DNA from: Lama guanicoe
Lineage: Eukaryota
DNA: 64,000 nucleotides
NCBI GenBank assembly: GCA_013239625.1
Contig: MU054338.1
Location: 620,001 to 684,000 of the forward strand
Direction: 5' to 3'
In this document: positions 30,700 through 49,549 of the stretch, piece after piece
Layout of the letters: every line of letters begins with the position of its first letter
How positions within the stretch are numbered: the first letter of the stretch is position 1
Made by a program: the position numbers and the translations under genes
The notes under the pieces: generated by a model
Seen by the model: the letters and a program-made list of their open reading frames with translations, nothing else
Databases searched by the model: none
What the model was told of the DNA's origin: nothing

Positions 30700-32392
30700 G
30701 GCAGGTGACTCGGGCCTGTTTTCCTGGACCGTGGCCGCTGACTCAGGCCCCCCTTCCCGCTCCCCTACTCGGGAGCCCCAGGCGGAAGCACTGGTCTGGG
30801 GCGGCAGGAAAGGGGGCAGGGTAGGGAATCCAGCTGTGCACCCTGAAACCCCTTCCAGTGGGCTGGAGTGCGGATGCGCCTGAGTCGTCTGCATGGCCGA
30901 CTGTGACCCCGGTTGGTAGCATTCAAGGAGCGCCCCTCCCCCTCGCTTCCAGGAGGAGGCTTAGGGGGCGGGTGGCACAGGACGGTCGGCGCCCTAGGGC
31001 CCTGGCCAGCAGGCAGGGGCGGGGGCCGGCCTGCGTCACCGCCCGGCTGGTCCCCCGCCTCCTGGCCGCCCAAACTCCACCCCGAGGGAAGGCGGCGCGG
31101 ATAAAGGCTCAGGGGCCGCCTGCTCGGCCCCAGACCGGCTCTGCCACCGCGTATTCATCCCGTACGTGGGTACACTCTGGACTAATGGGACCTCGGGCTG
31201 GCCGCTCCCGGTGAGTGGGGGGGCGGGACCTCGCGGGCCGAGGAGGTGGGGTTCCCACTCTAGTCCCTTAAGGGTGCCCCACTTTTCTTGGTTCTTCGGG
31301 CAGGCAGAGTTCAGGGTGTCTCTAGTTCTGGGAAGCCCCTTGGGACGTGTAATGGAATGGACTCGGTGCAGCCAGCACGGCCCGGGCGGGACCTCTGCCC
31401 CCGCCCCGCCCCCCGGCACTCCCCCCTCCCCGCGAGTGACCTTGAGCTAGTTGCCGTTCCCACATCAGTTTTCCGGGCTCTGCGGCCTTACTCTCCTGAC
31501 TGGGAGCCTTCCGCTCCTAGGTAGGCTCCCCCAACGCCCCCAGTCCCGTTGGCCTGCCGCCTGCCCCGCCGGCCTCGGCGCCCCCTCCTCGGGTCTCCGA
31601 GCAGCGATCCCGGGTGGGGCCGGCAGAGGGCGCGCCGGTGCTGCTGACTCACCGCAGCCCCTAGCGCCGCGCGCGGGCGCAGCCGGGGACGCCACCTCAC
31701 GTCACGGCTCGGGCGGGTGCGACTCGGGAAGCGGGCCCGGCCCGCGGGACGGGGGTGGGACGCGAGGTGGCACCGGCGCGGGAGGGGCCCTCCGGCACCA
31801 GCCACGTCACCGTGGTGCAGGCCCCGCCCGCAACCCCACCCCTCGCCGGTGCTTCTCGCCTCACGAGTGGGGGGCGCCCCCAGCCGACCCTCCCGCGAGC
31901 TACCCGGCCACGAGGCGCAGGAATCGCCTCCTGCTTCCACTCGCGGCGGCTCCCCAGACGGGCGCGGGGGAAAGCCCCGGCTTCCTGCTCCGGCCCGGGG
32001 CTGCTGGCCTCCGCTACGGCGCGTCGCCCCAAGAGGGGTCCCCACGCCCCTTGGGCCTGGCCGCCCGCCCTTTGTTGCAGCTCCGGCCTTATGAATGGTT
32101 GCGGCGGGTTGGGGGGCGCGGGGGCGGGCCGGAGCGGCGCCAGCCCCGCCCCCGCCGTGCTTCGCTTGGCCACCGGGCCGGGGGTGGGGCGAGAGGCGGG
32201 CCCGCGCGGCCACGTGGGGCGGCGCCGCGGCGGCTCTCATTGGCCGGCCCGCGTGGCCGACCGGGCGTTCAGCACGCGTTGATTGGCCTGCGCGGGCCGC
32301 CGGAGTAAGTAGTGAATGGGAGGGGGCGGCAGCCCCGCCCCTCGGAACGTTGATACATTATAACTTTTTTTTCTTGTTACTTTCACCCCCAG
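30700..32392 (+). promoter_or_regulatory. MIDN: MIDN CpG-island promoter, non-coding exon 1 and intron 1
   Basis: TATA-like GATAAAG near 31100; donor CCG|GTGAGT after 31210; acceptor with U-tract ending AG at 32392; AP-1 TGACTCA at 30739 and 31645; CRE half-sites (CGTCA) near 31034, 31700 and 31805; CCAAT boxes near 32239 and 32282. Confidence 0.7.
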
Positions 32393-32776
32393 ATCCTCCG
32401 GCGGCGGCGGCGGCTGTTGCTAAGGGAGGGGACGCGCGGTGAAGCGCGGCCCGAGCGGCAGACGGCCTCGAGAGCGGCCGCCTCAGCGGCGCACCCTCCT
32501 CGGGGAACCTTCCCTGAGCCCGCCGGCCTTGAAACGATCCGCGAGGGCAGTCCCCACCCAGGAAGGCGCCCCAACGGACCGACACGACCTCGGAGCGCCA
32601 CTTGGATTTTTGATTCCTGATTTGCTTTCCGCTCCTAGGACTATCTCCAAGGGGACACGCGCCCCAGCCCCCAGGGACCTCGAGGACCCTGGTGTGGGGA
32701 GCCCCCCACCCTGCCCGGAGGCGCGGCGAGAATTGGCGGCGCCCCGCGGACCCCAGCCCCCCAGCGCGGGCCGGGG

Positions 32777-38729
<5,953 letters not shown>

Positions 38730-41399
38730 GAACCCTGCCCCTCGCCCCAGCCCAGGGTGGCGTGAGCGTGGCCCCGCGCGGGAGGATCAGGCCTCCCAGT
38801 CCAGCATCCTTCTGGTGGTTTTTTTTTGTTGTTTTTAAAATTTCAATTCCTACCATGGTTTTCTGAGCTCTCTGAACGAACTCTGCGGACTTGGGTTCCT
38901 GCCTCACACTTGGTTCGGCTCACACTCCCCGCCCCTTCCTCCCTCTCCCAACCTCATCTGTGACCCGCGCGGGTTCCTCCCGCCCACCTTCCCTTCCCAA
39001 GCTCCAAATATGTAGCAGTCTTTCCAGATGGTTGAGAGTGGAGACGAGGAAGCCGCCCCCCCTTCCGTTCTGCCGCCCTCCCCACCCTTTTCAGGTTTAA
39101 GTCAAAAATGTAGATGCCTCATTATGCACTTTACAGACAGGGGAGGGGGCCACAGAGAGGAGCGCCCCCCCTGCAAACTCTGGCTCAAAAAACAACACAG
39201 CAGGGAGCCGTGGGAGGTCAGGTGCGCCCCAACCAGCTGGGACTGCTCCTCTTCAACACCTGTACCTCTCTTCTCTTCCTGGTCTCCTTTTCCATTTTCC
39301 TTTTCCTGGAAAAGAAAAGCTGTTTCAGGGGAGAGGCTGGCCGTAGCCTGCCTTGGGGTGCTGGCTGGGGTGGGGTACCCTTTCCTGCTGGGAAAGGGAA
39401 GGAGGGAGGGAGGGGAAGAGACCCGCCCCAGCCTTCGCCATCCACACACTGTGTGATTTCCTCCAATGCCACCCTCCCACCCCACCCCGTTTTTCTGAGC
39501 TTGGGGTATTTATAGACGATTAATTTTCTGACTGAGCCAATAGTGGTTGGGAATCTCTTGAAAAAGTAGAGAGAGAAATGGCTGAGGGGGGTGGGCAGGG
39601 TAGATGCCCCCAGCCCTCCTTCCCCACCCAACCTGAGGGATCTGGGCCTGTGGACTGTGTTGGGGGGGCCCTCCTGCAGCTGGGAGGGGAGGAGGTGCTG
39701 AGCTGTGAATCCCCCGTAGGGGCAACGCTGTGTAGCATTAACCCCCTTGGGGGGGGTTCGCTGCTGGTCTAATTTGGACCCTCCCCACTTATGCCCATGC
39801 CCCGGGGGACCCCCAAGGGCAGAGGGATAGACACCCCCTACTGGGGCCATTTCAATGGGGGTGGTTTTTTTCATTCACTTTTATTTTTTACTGATAATGG
39901 AGATGTTTGGGCCTTGCCCCCCACCTGTCTGTCTTGTCCTGGCCCCACCCAACTGTGCTGCGCAACACCCCTCACCCTGTGCCTGCCCCCCTTCCCCCTA
40001 GGTGACCCCTAGGTCCTCACCCCACCCCGTTATGTGTTTAAAGTTAATGGTTTCAGATGTGAACATCATGTGTTAACTGTAGCTCTGTACATTTTTTGTG
40101 GGGGGGAGGGTTGGCAGGGAGGGGTCAGAGGGTAGGGGTCAATGATTTGTTTGTTTGTTTGTTTTCATTTTCCAAAAAAAAAGAAAAGAAAAAAAGGGCG
40201 GGTTTGTTTTTGATGCGCACTGAATATCTATTTAATGTGTGTTCTGATGGGTTTTTTTTGTAACGATTTTTAAGTAACGTCTGTGCCTCCGCTGGTCTGA
40301 GGGTGGAGGCCCCAGGCAGGAACCGCCCACCCCCTTCTGCCCTCACCAGGGCCCCCAACAAGAAAGCATTACATGCCCTTGGGGGGTCGGGCAGTGGGGC
40401 GTCCCAGCACCTTGAGGGAGTTTCCTGTATGAAAACATTAAATTGGAAAAGAAAAAACCTACACAAACACCAATATTTGAAGGAATAAACAAAATGAAAC
40501 AAGTGAACATCCTGCCTACTCGCTTGGGGGATGGGGTGGTCTTGGGGGTCACTGAGGGGTCTCTTGAGTGTGATAAGGGGTGGTCTTTCTCAGGAGGACC
40601 AGGTGGGATGCTGGGGTGGTTCACCCCCACCCCAGGGAGTGGGAGGTGGAAAGTCCATCCCTGGGTCCCTGGGCCCCCAGACCGTGGTGGGGTGCAGAGG
40701 GAGGGTTGTGTCCCGGAACAGTTCCCACGCCCCCTCCCCGCCCTAGGGTGAGGGTGGGCAGGAAGCCGCCCGCCAGGGGAGGGAGGGGCCGGCCACTTCC
40801 CAGTACCCAAGGCCGGAAGTCCTGCAGGGTGTGGGCACGGGGCTGCCCGCCTGCTTCGCCCTCTCGGTTCTAGGCTCTAAAGTGGGCTGAAGAGGAGCCC
40901 ACGGACTCCGTCTCCAGGGAGACCTGGCCGCAGGCTCTGGGCCACCGTTTCCCCAGCCACAGAAAGGAGGAAGCAGTTCCATCCGCCTGCCCACGCGCAG
41001 GGGCCAGCCTGGGGACCCCTGACTTGAGCTCCACCCCTGGGGGATGCCTGTAGGCCTCCAGAGCCGCCTGCCCAGAATCAAGCCAAGGCCTGGGGCTGGC
41101 GCCCAGGGCCTCCAGGTTTGGCTCCACTCCTGTCCTGGGTGGACTCTCTCCAGCCTGCCCAGCCTTGCATTCCAGCGCTCCCCAGACCTGACCATTACAA
41201 TCAGGCCCTCCAGGCCTGTGACAGGCCAGGCCCTACCCAGGAACACCCCTAGCCAGCGCGCCTGCTCTGCCTGGGAACTTTCCTGGTCTGCATCTCCCAC
41301 CGTTTCCGCCTGGGGCTCCCTGAGGCCCGGCCAGATGTGAGTCCTCTCTGGAGTCCTCCCTTCCACTGTGGGGCTGGGCAGAGACACACAATCATAACA

Positions 41400-41510
41400 A
41401 TACTTCAGGTCATTTTACATGTATTTCCTCACAGCCACCTAAGAGAACTAATTATTCTCCCACTTGGTAGATGAGAAAACCGTGGCCCAAAGAGAAACAC
41501 TCCTTGCTCC
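41400..41510 (-). mobile_element. MIR SINE fragment
   Basis: cctcacagccacct...attattctcccacttggtagatgagaaaaccgtggcccaaagag (MIR core). Confidence 0.65.
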
Positions 41511-42049
41511 AGAGGATTGAGGTGTTTGTTAAATTAGTTGCCACCATCCCCTCTGCTGATTTCTAGTGGTCCAAGCCCCAGCTCCAGGGATCCTAGGGGG
41601 GAAGAAAACAGGTGCCATCCCGGGAATTTCCTGGGCACAGCTTGCTAAGGCTCTCCTGCCCCTCCCGCCGCCCAGTCACCCCCAAATCATTGCACGCCCA
41701 CGCCAGGAAGGTAGGCTGCACAGGTCAGGCTGATCCCTTCAGATCTTAAGCTCAAAGGCGCAAACGTCCCTGCGGGTCTGGAGGGCCACAGGGTGTAGGC
41801 ATGGGTGAGACACCTCAGGTCGAAGCCCCTGCCCACGCAGCCGGGCCCCCGGAGGTCAGGGCTGTGACCCAGGTGGCCGCCGCAGGGCTGGGTGGGGGAT
41901 GCGGAAGGAGGGTGTAGACCGAGGCGCCCGCTGAATCACAGGGGCTGTGTCTGCACGCTGCAGGGCGGGGGGCGCTTGTCCTGCTCCCGGGGAACTCACC
42001 CCTCAAGGCGATGTCTGGCGCCCAGCCTGGTGGTCCGAGGGTCATAGCC

Positions 42050-42800
42050 CTGCCCCTGAGTTCTAGGAGTACCCCACCCCGGGTAGGGGTTGCGGTCTGC
42101 GGGACTGTAGTGCACACACCTGCCCTGAGGGCAGGGTTGCGGGGAGGTGACCAGCCGAGGGGGCTCAGGCGGCCGGAGAGGTAGCAGGCCAGACCACGTA
42201 GGGGTGGGCAGCACGGAAAGATAAACTGAGTCCCTCAGAGGACGGGAGCTGCGGAACGACAGGGGGCGGGGACGACCCTGCACCGCCCCTCCCCCATTAA
42301 GGGAAAGACTGAATGGGAGGGGGCGGCCCCCGGAAGCCCGCAGGGATGGAAACGCGGTTTGCATGGCAACGCGCCGCGAAACGGGCCTGACGTCACCATG
42401 GGGAGGGCGCCCCGCCTGCCCCCGTACTGAGTCGAACGGCCCAGGCCAGGGGAAACCTGATTGGTGGCCAGGTCGTTTGCTCCTCTGTACGCACCAATAG
42501 CCTCACGGGGCTGCCGCCCGCAGGAGGGACTCGGGCGTGGACCAGCTGAGTGCGCAGGCGCGGCGCGGAGGCGTGCGGCCCCTTCCCTCTGGCCGCATGT
42601 CCGCAATTTGGGGGCGGGAGGCGCGCCAAGCGGTCTGACGGCCGGCTGCTCCCGGACGGAAGAGGGGGTGTACTCGGGGGCGCCGCACGTGGATCCTGGC
42701 ACGGGTACGATCGCGTGCACCCCTCTTCTACGCTCAGCCATTGCCTGCTGCCCCCTCACCACGACCGCGCGTGCGGGACCCCCGGGCTAGGGGAGCGCAG
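42050..42800. promoter_or_regulatory. Intergenic CpG island with promoter-type motif set
   Basis: ZNF143-like motif about 42092-42111 (-), GC box near 42262, X-box GTTTGCATGGCAAC 42357-42370, CRE TGACGTCA 42388-42395, ATTGG near 42460, CCAAT near 42494, NRF1-like TGCGCAGGCGC near 42551. Confidence 0.7.
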
Positions 42801-45800
42801 GGGGAGGAGCGGGAGGAAGTCACTTGGGCTGAGGCTCTGCCAAAGGAATAGGAGTTTGCCAAGTATAGGAAGAGGAAAATGGTGCCCCAGGTGGGGGGCA
42901 CTGCGTGTGCAAAAGCGCCTGAAGACGTGAAAGCGGGTGCATTTGGGGAACAGCTGCGAAATCAGGTTGGAGGACATAAAACAAAAGGCAAAGACCCGAA
43001 AGGGGTGATTCCAAAGTCTGGCTTGGGGAGGAGGAGCAGATGTTGGGAGCAGAGGCCAGAACATCCCAGGAGGTGTCTGAGAACTCCAGTGGGGCTTCGG
43101 AGAGGACTGGGGAGGGACAGATGGGGCGTTGTCTGAAGGTCTCTGGTTCACATTGAGATGGTTGGCAAGGGGGCTGCAGGGAGTCCGGAGGTTGGGGGGG
43201 GAGCCTGAGATACCCCTAAGGGCACCTGTCACCTGGAAGTTTCTGGGCCAGGAGCTGGGAGAGTCGCAGACCCAGGGGGGATTATGGCAGCAGGAAGTCC
43301 TCGTGGCTGCCTGACTGGCTCAGTTTTGTTCTGGCCAGGAGTCCACTCAGAAGGCAGCCATAAGAGTGAACAGGGTGGCCTTTGCCAGGTGGGGAGGATG
43401 TGAGCCAAAACCTTTGGTCCTAGGTTAGCCGCTAGGCCTTGCCCTACCAGACAGCTGCAAGACTGAGGAGCAGAAGGGCGCCTGCTGGCAGTGTGGACAG
43501 GCGCGGCTGCCAATAGGTGGAGTCAGGACTGAAGGCATGGATCCAGATGGTGGCTCACAGGTGGGCCGTGCTCCCGGGGTGATGAGGCAGCTGTGGGCGG
43601 GCAAGAGAAGGTCACCGGGGTCATGTCTTTCAGCTCCAGGCCAGAATCCCCTGGTGGCGGCCAAATGGGTAGTTGGGGCTAGCTGTAGGGTTTTGAAAAG
43701 CCAAAGTACACAGTGAGGGGTGGCTTGGGAGGAGCCAGGTCCCTGGCCAGGAGCCGTCTAGGGAGATGGGAGTGTGTGGTGCCCCACTGGGGCCAGCTCC
43801 TGCACCCCCAGCACCTGTACGGAGCCTCAGCACAGCCACTCCCGCCAGGCCTGGCGGACCCGCCCTCTTCTGCAGGCATCCTGGGAACCGGAGTTACCGA
43901 GCTACAGCCAAGAGTGCTGGGGCCCCACCCAGGAGTCTCCGCTCCAGCCCCACCCACGGCCACCCAGACTAGGGAGGGCAGAGGACAGGCAGCCTCTGGT
44001 GTCACTGGGGGCAGGTGAGCAGCCCAGCCTGCAGGTGGGGGTGGGGCTGCTGTCACCTGGGGCCCTTCCCCGGAAGGGAGACTGCCCTTTCAGTGGGCCG
44101 CTTGTCCTCGGCTAGGGGCCTGTCTTCCCCCCTACCCATGTCTGCCCCTCTGTCTCCATCCTTCTCTGCCCCTATCTCTCTTCCCTCTGCATTCTCTTTT
44201 CCTCGTTCAGTTTCTCCTTTTTGCTTTCCTGTCTACATTTCTGTCTGGGTCTCCATCTCTCGCTAGCGGTCTCCCTCTATTTTCGTCCTGATTGTGTCCC
44301 ACCGTCTCCTCCTCCCGGCCCCTTCCCCACTTCCGCCCCCTCTCTGGGGCCTCCTCCCTCACCCCCGCCCCGCACACATTCCAGCCTCCACCTCCGCCTC
44401 GCCGCCCCTCCCTGGAGCCAGCTGCTGCTGCCTTGGGTGCCCAGGATGCAGGGAATGGGATTTAGCCGGGGTCAGAGGTCAGGAGTGTGCGGGGGGGGGG
44501 GCAGGGAGGGCACCCCCTAACTACTCTGGAATGTGGGCGGGGCCTTCCCCACAGGGTTGCGGGAGGCGGTCGCCGGCAGGCAGCGCAGGCAGGCGGAGTT
44601 GGGGGCCTGAGACAGCTGTCTGCAACTGCACCGCACACACCCCACAGCCCAGACGCTACCCACAGACCTCCCAGAGAATCGGCACAACCCAGACGCGCAC
44701 ACAGGGCCCTTTGCGGCCACCAGATCCAGACCAATCTCCTCGGCCGCCCCACACTCAAACGCATAGCACACAGTCCCCAGCCACCGGGTACATGCTAGTC
44801 TCGCCTGAGTGACAGGCCCCGGCTCTGCAACGCAGGGGCCCCAGCCCGCAACAGCCCACATCCCCCCAAGCCCGTCCCAACCCACACTTTGGTACCACAA
44901 CCGCAATCAACCGTGTGACCCTCAGAAGGAACAGTCACCCGCTCTCACCCTGGGCCAAGACCTCCCTTAGGAAAACCACAAAATTGAAGGTTACACCAGG
45001 CAGCCAGAACTCAGACCCTCGGCGACGGGCTTGGCCGAGGCAGCAGCGGCCCCCCAGCACACAGGCGCTCCAGCTGCGGGCGCTGCCCACACACCCTCCA
45101 GCCTGTGGGCCCCCGAACAGCGCCAGACCAGGCAGGACAGGTGCTGGGGTGTGGGCACCCTCAGAAGAAGTGAGGCTTCCTGCTGCATAAGAGAGAGTTT
45201 TCTGCGTGTCCTGAGCCCCTGAGAAAGAAGCGAAAGGCCAAGGCCCAGGAGCCCCTCTGTGCTGTGCTCTGGTCACTGGCTGCCCTCTGGTCACCCTCGC
45301 TGAACCCAGGAAGTGCTGCTGCTTGTGCACTTCTCAGAGGACACACCTGAGGCCTAGAGAGGAGCCTGGACACCCCCTACCTGCCCAGCTGGGCACCTGG
45401 GCCATCGCTGACCCTCTGGGGAGGGATGGTGATTTGTGGGCACCTGTGTCTGCCTGCTTGGATTCCAGGGGCTAGGCTGTGCCCACCTGTGAGTTGTGGG
45501 CTACTGCTGTGTGCGGTGCCCGGACCTCCCACTTCGGACAGAGGTCTTTCCCTGGAGTCCCTAGCAGCTGCCCCAAGAGAGGACCCTCTCCATGACTGCC
45601 ACTCCAGTGTTGCCACAGAGATGTCAGAGCCCCAGTCAGGGGTACTTCTGCTCCTCTTTGTGCCTGTAGGGAGCCTGGGTGCAGGGCCAAGGTCACTTGA
45701 GTGGACAGGGCATCAGTGGGGATCAGCTCCTCCTGCCCCTGGGGGGTGGGGCTGTGGACCTCAGCCCTTCCCCAGTCTCAGAAACCCAGTGGGTTTCATC

Positions 45801-48800
45801 TCCAGTCCCCACTGAGGCAAGCCTTGGGGTTTCCGTGCGCATGCAGGGGTCTCTGTTCCTGCACAAGCTCTGGCATTTCACCGATACCCGAAAGGTGTTC
45901 TATGCCTGAATTTGGTTCTTGGTGTGTGATTGCTTGGCTCTGCAACTGTAACCCAGCTGGTGCCCCAGTTTTCCTCAGTAGGGGGGGTCACCATCCAGGT
46001 CTCCTTGAAATATGGAAAAAGAAAATGGGACAGGCCTGTGGCTCCCACAGGCCGCCTTCCCAGGCACAGGTGGGCTGCAGGTACACAATGCGTATGCCTC
46101 CTGGGTGTTTCCAGGAGTCCCAATCCACACCTGTGGTTGGTGGGGACTGCGGTCACCAGCCTGGCCTTTGCACCCCTGGGATGGAGACCCGGACAGGAGC
46201 AGAAAAGGCAGTCTCCACACACCTGGGTCAGGAGTCACAGAGAGCTCCATCCAGGTGCCCCCCCATGCTCCACCAAAAAGACCACCTTCTAGGAACAGGA
46301 GAGAAACTGAGGTCAGGGTGCAGGCAGTTGACTCTGGGGTGCTCACAGTTGGCAGCCACCTGGGGCCTCTTAGGGATCTCAGATGGTGGACTCACGCATG
46401 TGGACAATGTGGAAGTATTTTAACTCTTCCTCTTGGCTTCTGGCCTCTTGTATCTCCCCTCTGCCCTAGGAGGCCCATGACACAGCACATGGCATGTGCC
46501 CATCCCAGGGACATGAGTCATGCTGCCAGCCATGGGCACATATGATCTGTGAGTCCCAGTCCCAGGAGTCATGCACACCCAGCCCTGTTCCCAGCTATCC
46601 CACATCCCAGTTATGCACACACCTTGGGATCTACACACAGCCTCCTGTGTTCTTGCACATAAGGCACTGCAAAAATGTTTCCATGTGTACACACACACGC
46701 ACATCTCCACACCAGCTTGAGCACACACATACATGTGTGTTCCGTGTACACACTTCCCCACCCTTGTGCACGTGCACACAGCCCCACTTTCATGTCCACA
46801 CAAGCATGGTCCCCGGAATCCTTGTTCCTGCGCGTCTGTACCTACGAGTCCCTGCCCACGGGCACACATGTGCACCACACCTGGCAACGTGCACACACAT
46901 CCAGTCCCCGCTTCCCCCTTTCTGGCTCTGGGCCCCGGGAACTGGGCCAGGCAGGCGGGCTGGAGTCTCTGCCAGGAAGGTCCCACTTCCGCGCCCCCAG
47001 CCGGGCGGCCGCCAGGTGCACGGTCCCGGCCCCCGCCCGGCTGGCCGGGAGGGGGCGGTAATTACGCGGCCCCGGGGTGCCCCCTACGCGTCTTTCATCC
47101 CGGCCACGCCCGTCCTGGGCCCAGACGCTCATTACCGCCTCCCCGCCCGGTCATTAGCTGGGGTCGGGGGAGGATCCGGCGTCCGGCGGGCCGGACCCTG
47201 CGGGGAGGACGGAGGGGGCGGTGCGGGAGCCAGACGGCCCCACTCCCGTCTCCCGGGCAACGCCGGCGAGCGAAAGGGCGGGGCACCCAGCCCGGGGATC
47301 TTCAGCGGGTGCCTGGGGAAGGGCGTCTTGTGAGGGCGCAGACGGGGACCTCCAGCCTAATCCCCGTCCCGCCGGGCAGGCGGCGTGCCCCGCGCGTCCA
47401 GGCTTCGAATAGCAGCCTCGCCCCCGCCCTCGGCTATTTTGAGTCCCCTCCTCCCCCGGCCACCCCAGTGGCACAGGGGCGGGCCTGGGGGCGGGACGGG
47501 GACTCCCTCCCACTCTGGTGCACGCGACCCGGCCGGCTGCTGGACCGCGGGGCGGAACCGGGAGACCCCGGCCAGGTTGACAGCGGGGCTGCAGCGCCCT
47601 CTTGTGTCCGTCGGGAGAGTGTGTGGCCCTCCGGCCGCGCCAGGGAAAGAAGTGGTCCCAGGCTCCTGAGAGCCCACACCCCCCACCCCGCGGACACAAT
47701 GTCCTGGTTACACACTGAGTCACCGGGACATGCAGACGTAGGTAACTACAGAAACACAGATACGGATACAGGAAACACACCTGAGATGCAAGCACACAGT
47801 TCCCACAGAATGCCTGGTCCAGGCGTACCTGGGGACAGGTATCCATCCACAGGTATAGGTCCACACCATGATGGGAACCCAGGACAGTCCTGGGTTCCCA
47901 CGGAGTCTGGTACCCAGCAACAGGCTTATAGTAAGTAAATGCCTAGTAACGGTGTACTGGTGGAATGAATGCATGAACCAGGGCACTTCACAAAACCAGA
48001 AGACAGACTATGAACCACAGAATAGTGAGGGTGGGGGGCAAAGAGTGATGGTGGGACCCCGTGACTGCAGGGAACGCCAGGCCTGAACCAGCGTCAGGAG
48101 CCGCCGACCTGACTCTGCTGGAAGAGCAGAACAGAAGGTGGGGGCGGGGCTTCTCCCTGGGCCGGGCGTGCCTCGTCCCAGGCCGCGCCGTGGGTGCCAG
48201 CGGGAAGGGGAGCTGCGTGCTGGTTCTCTCTGCTCCTTTTAATAAGCGCCCTGCGTGAGTGGCTGACGCAGCAGCAGGCTGCTGCTGACGGGAGCTGTAT
48301 GGGGGTGGGGGCTATGGCGTAGAGGGACAAGGTGAAGTGAGTCATGAGCTCCTGCCTGGGGGAGGGGGTCCTGAGCCGAAGGTGGGGGTCCCAGGGACCT
48401 TGTCGCAGGAGACAGTGTCCATGCCCACACCCCGACTGCATCAGTCAGCTAGACCCACCTGAGTGTGGCAGCAAGTCTGAGGCCTGGAACTTTTCTGGTG
48501 TGAGCAGCAAAGTGGGGTCTCTGTTCTCAAATCTCCCTAACTTATGCAGAGGGTCTGCCCTTTGAAGACTTTCTAGGGCAGGGCTTTCTTGGGTCTGAGC
48601 TAGCTTATTCCACCCCACGGAAGGGTCCAGGGCCACAGAAGGTAACATGAGCCAAGGCCTGGGCAAGTAGGAAAGTGGTGGCCACAAGAGGAGCACCCAT
48701 AAGGTGGCCTTGGGGATCGCAGCAGCAGCCTTGGCGGTGAGGATGTCTGAAAAGCTGGTTCTCCTGATAGCAGAGGTCTCCAGAACCCCTAAAAGCAAAA

Positions 48801-49549
48801 ACATGCAGGGAGAGGAGCTGACTGGTACCGAAACCCCATGGGCAGTGGGTGGGTTCTGGGTGAGCAGAACAGTGTGCTGCTGGGGGCACTGGAGGATGTG
48901 GTAAAGGGAAGGGGGGCTGGGGCGGAGAGGAGAGGCTGAGCTGAATGTTAGGACAAGAGGGCTGAGCCCAATGGTGGGTCTGAGAGCCCAGGTCAAGGTC
49001 AGCCTGTGGTCTAGTGCTGGGATGCACAAGTGTCTGGCTAGGTGAGTGTTGGGATGTGGGCATGGCACCAGGCAAGCGAAGTCAGGGTTGGGATGGGAGT
49101 TAGGTGTGGATGCAGGCTGGAATTTGTAGGCAAACTGGGTTGGGTGAAGTTGGGGTGCCCCAAAGTTGTTAAGTAAGGAAGAATTGGGATCATGGTGAAT
49201 GTTGAGGTCCACAAAAATGGAGCTGTCTCAGTGTTAGGGTCTGGGTGGGCTTTGGGGCAGACCGCGTGAGGTGTATTCAGAAGTGTTGGGGTTCTGCGAG
49301 TTCTGGGGTGTCGGTTATGTTGGCAAGTATATAAGGATTGATGTCGGGGTTCAGATAATTTGGGGTGTCTGAGAACTGGGTCTTAGGTGGTATGGGGACC
49401 TGAGTGAGGTCGGTATATATCGGCAACTGTTGGCGCACAGCGAAGGTCGGGGCTCCAGTGACCCCTGGAGGGTTCCCAAAAGGCTCTGGCCCCTGGCAAC
49501 AGCTGCGTGAGCCCTTTGTTCCCCGCCACTGGCCCGGGGCCGGCACGCA

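Noticed and set aside
46733-47938. 401-codon ORF on the + strand
   Set aside because: Non-ATG start in a CA-rich low-complexity tract running into GC-rich DNA; Pro/Gly/Arg-biased with no recognisable domain.
48445-49212. 255-codon minus-strand ORF upstream of CIRBP (antisense region)
   Set aside because: Arises from a strand-skewed G/T-rich tract that lacks stops; no domain seen. An antisense lncRNA is possible but cannot be supported from sequence alone.
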